Positions 26,484 through 32,000 of a stretch of 32,000 nucleotides of DNA are shown piece by piece. The translations under genes and the position numbers were made by a program. Origin of the DNA: Bacillota bacterium (lineage in GTDB: Bacteria; Bacillota; Clostridia; Acetivibrionales; DSM-1351); contig JAEYTP010000088.1 in NCBI GenBank assembly GCA_023433945.1, positions 842 to 32,841 on the forward strand, in the 5' to 3' direction. Every line of letters begins with the position of its first letter. Positions within the stretch are counted from its first letter, which is position 1. The notes under the pieces are model-generated. The model made no database searches and was not told where the DNA came from. It saw only the letters and a program-made list of their open reading frames with translations.

Positions 26484-28295
26484 ATGAATAAAGTTAACTT
26501 AAAAGATAGACTTTTTAAAAATATTCTTTATAGTGATAATATGCGTTTATCAAAAAGAGCAATTGCTCTTTTTGCTTTTACAGTATTTATACCGCTCACT
26601 CTTATCGTAATTATGTATTCCAATCACTCATCAAATATTATTGAAAATGAGCTGTCAAATAATATGAGATTAGCGGTTAACCAGATCAAAAGCAACCTGG
26701 ATTACCGGTTTGAACAAATATCTGAAAGCGCCCTTTCTATTCTTAGTACGGCTTATCCGTATATTAGAAGTGGAAGCACGGATGTTCAAACACAGCTAGA
26801 GGAATATGCCGAACTTAAATCTCTGGTTTCAGCTTACGAAGGAAAACATATGATTAGTAAAGTTAGACTATATGTACCTTCCGGTAAAATATATGCAAAT
26901 CAACAGGATACATTCTATTCTTTGCCTGAGCTTACGATGGAAAACAGTGAGAATCTAAAGCGGGGAGTAGTTTGGTTGAAGACCTATGGAGCGCGTATAT
27001 ATGATGGAACAGGATTAATTAATGTTATATCTTGCCGAATGACAATTTCGAGTAAAAAAAATTATGATGAAATAGCTAGCGTACTACAATTAGATATAGA
27101 AGAAACCAAGCTTAGTAAAATATTTTCTGCAGGCATAAGCAGTGATGAGGAGATTTACTTGGTAGATTCAACAGGGTATATAATTTCTCACCCCGATTCA
27201 AGCTTGATTGGTAAAGAGGGCCTTACACCAACCGAATTAAAAGCTGTGCTGGAAAATGAGACAGGACATCTGAGTGGAAAGATGAGTAATAATTCTGATC
27301 TAGTGGCATTTTCAAAGTTGAGTGTACCAAACTGGTATTTAATTATGAGATTGCCAGCTACTACAGTATACGGAACGGATATTTATTCATTTGATGTGAT
27401 GCGCGCTGTGCTGATTTTAGCCGTTATCTTAGTTTTTGTTGTCTCACTAATAATCATATATTCTAGTATAGTTGAAAATACTGTGAAACGAATAAATAAT
27501 GCTATTATGGTACTGAAAAATGAGGGAATTGATCAAGCTGATAATGTTGCCACACTAAACGACAAAAATAATAAGTCTCTTGCATTATTAGAGAATAATG
27601 CAAACCAGTTAGTTATTACTATAAAAAAATTGATGGAAGAGTCATATGAAGCCAAATTAAAAGCCCGTGATTTTCAGTTGAAAGCTCTACAGGCACAAAT
27701 AAATCCTCATTTTCTATACAATACTCTTGATGCTATAAAATGGATGATATTGGAGGATTATAAACAAGATAGTATATGGATGATAAATGCTTTTTCAAGG
27801 TATTTCCGTCTAAGCTTAAGCAAAGGAAGGGATGTTGTTACCCTTAGAGATGAATTAGAATTAATTGAGTCGTATATTGGAATTATGCAAAAAAGGTTTA
27901 GTAATATATCAACCATAGAAATAAATATTGATGAAGATCTGAAAAATTGCCTTATTCCCAAGCTATCACTGCAGCCACTTGTTGAGAATGCACTCAATCA
28001 TGGAATTCTTCATAGCCAAAACAATGATGGTAGCCTTACTATAGCTGCAAGAGAAGAAGAGGAGAGGTTGATTATTGTCATCAAGGATAATGGTAATGGG
28101 ATGAGTCAACAGCAGCTTGACAACATTCTTGAGCCAAGTAATAGCAGTAACACCAAGGGCTATGGCCTTGGAAATGTAGACGAAAGACTTAAGCTGTTTG
28201 GAGGAGAAGACTGTGGGCTTAGTATAAGTTCTGAAATTAATGTGGGTACAACTGTTACCATTTCATTACCTATAAAATATATGCAACACGAATAA
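26484..28295 (+). CDS. Sensor histidine kinase (YesM-like; double-TM sensor, HAMP, His_kinase, HATPase_c)
   Basis: H-box QINPHFLYNTLD and ATPase motifs LVENALNHG, DNGNGM, GYGLGNV. ATG 26484 is preferred over GTG 26466 because of SD gggaaagga spacing. Confidence 0.9.
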   Translation: MNKVNLKDRLFKNILYSDNMRLSKRAIALFAFTVFIPLTLIVIMYSNHSSNIIENELSNNMRLAVNQIKSNLDYRFEQISESALSILSTAYPYIRSGSTDVQTQLEEYAELKSLVSAYEGKHMISKVRLYVPSGKIYANQQDTFYSLPELTMENSENLKRGVVWLKTYGARIYDGTGLINVISCRMTISSKKNYDEIASVLQLDIEETKLSKIFSAGISSDEEIYLVDSTGYIISHPDSSLIGKEGLTPTELKAVLENETGHLSGKMSNNSDLVAFSKLSVPNWYLIMRLPATTVYGTDIYSFDVMRAVLILAVILVFVVSLIIIYSSIVENTVKRINNAIMVLKNEGIDQADNVATLNDKNNKSLALLENNANQLVITIKKLMEESYEAKLKARDFQLKALQAQINPHFLYNTLDAIKWMILEDYKQDSIWMINAFSRYFRLSLSKGRDVVTLRDELELIESYIGIMQKRFSNISTIEINIDEDLKNCLIPKLSLQPLVENALNHGILHSQNNDGSLTIAAREEEERLIIVIKDNGNGMSQQQLDNILEPSNSSNTKGYGLGNVDERLKLFGGEDCGLSISSEINVGTTVTISLPIKYMQHE

Positions 28296-28301
28296 TTTTA
28301 T

Positions 28302-28470
28302 CTACATAATATCTACAAAAGACTCCACATAAGGATGAACATAACTCTACATAAGATACTACAAAAACTCAACATAAGATATTACAAAAAACTCAGCATA
28401 AGATACTATAAAAGACTCCACATAAGACTGTACATAAAACTCTACATAAGATTCCTGCATAAGATGAATG
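28302..28470. repeat. Tandem array, 22-24-bp unit c[tac][ag]cataagata ctacaaaaact, 7 copies
   Basis: Units start at 28302, 28325, 28347, 28370, 28394, 28418 and 28442. The first unit starts 7 nt after the HK stop codon. There is an internal sub-period of about 12 bp. Confidence 0.85.
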
Positions 28471-28503
28471 TTAGTCTACATATATAGCAAGGAAATAGCT
28501 TTT

Positions 28504-28550
28504 AAGAGACTGATTCAATAGCTAGATATGGCTATTAATTCAGTCTCTTT
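28504..28550 (+). terminator. Long imperfect hairpin, likely terminator of the two-component operon
   Basis: aagagactgattcaatagc-tagatatg-gctattaattcagtctctt followed by tatat. Confidence 0.5.
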
Positions 28551-28796
28551 ATATATACCATTTTGGGCATTATGCAATAAATTCCAGTGATGGTTGATAC
28601 TATTTTTATGCAAAAATAACAGTTTTGGATAAGAAATCAGAAGATTGAGTCATTCTACTTATGATTTTTGTGTGCTAAGATAGGAGCATAGAAAAGATTA
28701 AACTTAATTGAAAGCTTTCAAAAGTCTATATTTCTCATTATTTCAAAAGAAATATTATGTTAAGGGTTTTTACTCACTATTTCGGAGGAAAATGCT

Positions 28797-29765
28797 ATGA
28801 AAATGTTTGCTTTAAAACCAAAAGCAAAAAATGAACTACAATCGCACTCTAAATTAGGAGCATATTTGAAGGATCATTATCTCTTATATTTAATGTTGCT
28901 CCCTGGACTGTTTTTCTTGATAGTCTATAAGTTTCTACCACTCTACGGTATTACAATTGCATTCAAAGATTATAGTATTTTTGCAGGAACCAATCCGCTA
29001 GATGCAATAGCAAAAAGCGAATGGGTAGGATTAGAGCATTTCGAACGCTTATTTGCAAGTTCTGCATTTGTAAAAGTACTTCTAAATACTCTTATTATTA
29101 ATGGGTACAAGATTTTGTTCTTATTTCCAATTCCTATAATATGTGCCATTTTACTCAATGAAATTAGAAATAAGGCATATCGCAAGCTGGCACAGACAGC
29201 AATATACGTTCCATATTTCTTCTCCTGGGTTGTTACATTCGGTATTTTTTATTCATTATTAGGTACCTATGGAATTGTTAACACTGGGTTAGCAGCCTTT
29301 GGCTTTGAAAGAATCAGCTTCTTTTCGGACACAAACGTATTCCGTGGCTTATTAGTCTTTACTGAGGGTTGGAAAGAGATTGGATGGAATACAGTTATTT
29401 ATTTGGCAGCAATAACTGGTATTGATATTTCGCTCTATGAAGCAGCTAGAGTGGATGGTGCATCCAAACTGCGCCAAATCTGGCATGTGACATTGCCTGG
29501 AATTGCATCTACTATAGTACTTATGCTCATTCTAAAGGTTGGATACATATTGGATACCGGTTTTGAGCAGATCCTTGTATTCTATAACGCAACAGTTTAT
29601 GATGTAGCCGATGTAATCCAAACTTATGTTTACCGTATGGGGTTGGGTCAATCAGATTTTGCATTAGGTACTGCTCTTGGTTTATTTAATTCTGTTGTAG
29701 CATTTATCTTAATAGTAGGTTCAAATGCTATTAGTAAAAAATTGCTTCATAGAAGTATCTGGTAA
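28797..29765 (+). CDS. Carbohydrate ABC transporter permease (LplB/YteP-like)
   Basis: 322 aa, EAA loop EAARVDGASKLRQIWHVTLPG, SD ggagg. Confidence 0.9.
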   Translation: MKMFALKPKAKNELQSHSKLGAYLKDHYLLYLMLLPGLFFLIVYKFLPLYGITIAFKDYSIFAGTNPLDAIAKSEWVGLEHFERLFASSAFVKVLLNTLIINGYKILFLFPIPIICAILLNEIRNKAYRKLAQTAIYVPYFFSWVVTFGIFYSLLGTYGIVNTGLAAFGFERISFFSDTNVFRGLLVFTEGWKEIGWNTVIYLAAITGIDISLYEAARVDGASKLRQIWHVTLPGIASTIVLMLILKVGYILDTGFEQILVFYNATVYDVADVIQTYVYRMGLGQSDFALGTALGLFNSVVAFILIVGSNAISKKLLHRSIW

Positions 29766-29801
29766 TAGAAACGAAAGTATATTCTGCTTGAGGTGAAAAT
29801 T

Positions 29802-30698
29802 ATGTTAAACAAAAAGAAAAACACGGGTATTCCACTAGAAGCAAGTGAAAAATCTATGATAGTAACTTCTTATATTATTATGACAATATTTGCATTGTGT
29901 GCCATACTTCCAATCTTGCATGTATTATCTAAGGCATTCAGCAGTGCATCAGCTGTTACTTCGGGAGCCGTATTGTTTTGGCCAATTGATATACAGTTTG
30001 AGACTATAATATATGTTTTAAAAGAAACAACTTTTATGAATTCTCTTAAGAACACCGTGATTGTTACTGTTGTAGGTACAATCATCAGTATGCTAGTAAC
30101 AATCACTACTGCCTACCCACTATCAAAGCCATCATTTAAAGGGCGAAAGTTTTTTATAATGCTATACATAATTAGTATGGTATTCTTTGGTGGAATAGTT
30201 CCTGCATATATGGTTGTTCGTACCCTTGGCATTATGGATACATTTGCGGCATTGATTCTTCCGTTTTTTATAGTACATTTTAATATGTTTATTGTTAAAA
30301 ACTATTTTGAGGGTCTACCTGAAAGTATTGAAGAATCAGCAAAAATTGATGGCGCAAGTGACATTAAAATCCTTGTATACATTGTATGTCCAATGTCTAC
30401 TCCAGTTTTAGCAACAGTGGCGATGTTATATGCTGTAAATTACTGGAACAATTACTTCCATGCAGTAATGTATACAAACAGTACTGACATGCAGACATTA
30501 CAGTTATTTATCTATAACACTATCAGTAATACTCAAACAATTGTTGAACGTCTAGTAGCAGGTAATTATGCCAATGTTTCTATTGATGGTATTATAGCTG
30601 CGGTGGTTGTTCTTTCGTTAATTCCTATAGTAGCCGTATACCCATTAGTTCAGAGATATATGGTTCAAGGTATAACCATTGGCTCAGTTAAGGGCTAA
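29802..30698 (+). CDS. Carbohydrate ABC transporter permease (LplC/YtcP-like)
   Basis: EAA loop ESAKIDGASDIKILVYIVCP. ATG 29802 with SD gaggtg 6 nt upstream is preferred over the GTG 29793 used in the track. Confidence 0.9.
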   Translation: MLNKKKNTGIPLEASEKSMIVTSYIIMTIFALCAILPILHVLSKAFSSASAVTSGAVLFWPIDIQFETIIYVLKETTFMNSLKNTVIVTVVGTIISMLVTITTAYPLSKPSFKGRKFFIMLYIISMVFFGGIVPAYMVVRTLGIMDTFAALILPFFIVHFNMFIVKNYFEGLPESIEESAKIDGASDIKILVYIVCPMSTPVLATVAMLYAVNYWNNYFHAVMYTNSTDMQTLQLFIYNTISNTQTIVERLVAGNYANVSIDGIIAAVVVLSLIPIVAVYPLVQRYMVQGITIGSVKG

Positions 30699-30764
30699 TG
30701 AAGTGGTCTAATCCTATGTAATTTATCGGAAACGATAAAAATATAAAAAAGAGGAAGGGATATT

Positions 30765-32000
30765 ATGAAGAAGATTTTTGTAACATTTCTTGCAGCAATG
30801 ATGGTTGTTTCTAGTTTAGCGGGTTGTGGTAGTGATAGTAAAACCCCAAGTGATACCTCAACTTCACAAGCAAGCAGCTCAGGAGGAGCAAAGGCCCTCG
30901 ACGGTGAGAAGCCAACCCTTAAGTACCTTGGATACAATGTAAGCTTTGATCCTAACACTGACGGCATGGCAGCAGTTTATGAAGAGACGACAGGTTATAA
31001 GGTAAACTATAACGTACTTCCAGCTGAAAATGCAAATGAAAAGCTGCTTATGGAAGTCGCATCTGGCGCAGATTATGACGTACTTCAGGTAAGTGTTTCA
31101 CAGTTCCAGACATTACTTTCCCAAGGCGCATTGATGCCTCTTACTGATTTACTTAATGAGTATGGCCAGGACATTCTAAAGGGTGTAAATGAGGTTACTT
31201 GGAAGGCGTGCTCGGATGAGAAGGGGGATATCTACGGTATTCCTTACAAATATCCATACCCAACTGAGATAGGTGCCTTTATGGTAGCTAGAATGGACCT
31301 GTTAAAAGCAGCTGGAATAAATGAAATTCCTACTACAATTGACGAGTTCTACAACACACTTGTTGAGCTTAAGAAGTTCTATGGTGACAAATACATCATA
31401 TTTACCGGTCCTTTCCGTGTTGCTTCAGAAGGTTCTGTTAACTGGGATATACCACAGAGTATAACCTCTGCCTTTGGTATATACAACGACTGGATGGTTG
31501 ATGAAAATGGCAAAGTTTTCTATATGACTGAACATGAGAATTTCCCTAAATTAATTGAATTTATGCAAAAACTCTCAAATGAAGGACTTATTGATCGTGA
31601 CTGGGCAGTTAATAACACAACTACAGTAAATGAAAAGTTCTCTGCTGGAAAAGCAATTATTGCAGCTTCTAACCGTACAGGTGTTGCAGTTACAACGCCT
31701 ATAATGACAGGCAAAGATGGTCTTGGCCTCAAGTATGAAGATTTAGGCTATATTAGTGCACTGTCAGGTTCTGATGGTACTTGTAAATACATGAAGACTG
31801 AGGCAATTAATCAGATGACTTGCATACTTAAGAGTTCTAAGAATGCTGAGCATGCTATTAACTGGATTAATGTTAAACAACAAAATCAGCTTTACCTCAA
31901 TATTGGAGTTGAAGGTACACACTTTACATATGATGCAGATGGTTCCATCAAACCAATTAACCCTATCTTCTCAGAAGAACGTGGTAATTCATACTGGTAT
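30765..32000 (+). CDS. Extracellular solute-binding lipoprotein (LplA-like, large family-1 SBP), 3' end beyond window
   Basis: Hand translation gives MKKIFVTFLAAMMVVSSLAGCGSDSK... with lipobox LAGC. The frame is open for 412 codons to the window edge. SD gaggaaggg. It is absent from the ORF track because it has no stop. Confidence 0.88.
   Translation, partial: MKKIFVTFLAAMMVVSSLAGCGSDSKTPSDTSTSQASSSGGAKALDGEKPTLKYLGYNVSFDPNTDGMAAVYEETTGYKVNYNVLPAENANEKLLMEVASGADYDVLQVSVSQFQTLLSQGALMPLTDLLNEYGQDILKGVNEVTWKACSDEKGDIYGIPYKYPYPTEIGAFMVARMDLLKAAGINEIPTTIDEFYNTLVELKKFYGDKYIIFTGPFRVASEGSVNWDIPQSITSAFGIYNDWMVDENGKVFYMTEHENFPKLIEFMQKLSNEGLIDRDWAVNNTTTVNEKFSAGKAIIAASNRTGVAVTTPIMTGKDGLGLKYEDLGYISALSGSDGTCKYMKTEAINQMTCILKSSKNAEHAINWINVKQQNQLYLNIGVEGTHFTYDADGSIKPINPIFSEERGNSYWY

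Noticed and set aside
3478-28470. Could any of the repeat arrays be CRISPR arrays?
   Set aside because: Units are contiguous with no unique spacers, periods are 20-55 bp in total, repeats are imperfect, and no cas genes are present.
28708-28721. Calling the TTGAAAGCTTTCAA palindrome a canonical CcpA cre site
   Set aside because: The half-site spacing is 2 nt too short relative to TGWAANCGNTNWCA, so it is reported only as an unexplained palindrome.
30695-31732. Minus-strand ORFs 30695-30967 and 31520-31732
   Set aside because: They are antisense to a 412-codon open frame encoding a lipoprotein SBP with a lipobox and strong SD. The SBP is missing from the track only because it has no stop in the window.
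1-32000. Search for phage-defence, toxin-antitoxin, secretion or mobile-element systems
   Set aside because: None of the roughly 25 supported proteins shows nuclease, ATPase, methylase, recombinase, transposase or toxin motifs that I can recognise. The novelty candidates here are metabolic, regulatory and structural (repeats).

Overview
This is a low-GC Firmicute (Clostridia-like) chromosomal window of about 35-40% GC, with coding DNA richer than the very AT-rich spacers. It looks like accessory metabolism and sensing DNA rather than a mobile or defence island. I found no tRNA, rRNA, CRISPR, transposase, integrase or recognisable defence gene.

Gene content, left to right:
- 1-3303 (+): the tail of a sugar ABC solute-binding gene, two permeases and a Gfo/Idh/MocA oxidoreductase.
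- 3745-5652 (-): a TetR regulator followed by an Old-Yellow-Enzyme-type flavoprotein.
- A cold-shock protein gene with a textbook sigma-A promoter, plus an unannotated 46-aa zinc-ribbon ORF.
- A 1005-aa secreted FG-GAP repeat protein.
- A methyl-accepting chemotaxis protein (MCP).
- A secreted protein with bacterial Ig-like group 2 (Big_2) domains.
- A polytopic membrane protein followed by a monofunctional heme catalase.
- A BlaI repressor with twin dyad operators and a frameshift-split BlaR1-like M56 sensor-protease.
- An SplB-like radical SAM protein.
- 19614-32000: a sugar locus. Its minus-strand operon encodes two paralogous FAD oxidoreductases, a ketose 3-epimerase close to D-psicose 3-epimerase, and an SDR. 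It sits divergent from a YesN-like AraC response regulator, a YesM-like histidine kinase and an LplB/LplC/LplA-type ABC importer that runs off the window.

Two things are most worth a second look:
- The sugar locus contains no glycoside hydrolase and is built around poorly characterised FAD enzymes.
- At least nine intergenic spacers carry their own array-specific imperfect tandem repeats (period 20-55 bp). These usually sit directly between a stop codon and its terminator, or against a ribosome-binding site (RBS). In two cases they are visibly built from duplicated copies of the gene's own 3' end, stop codon included.

All family assignments come from motifs read by eye in the supplied translations. 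No database search was run.
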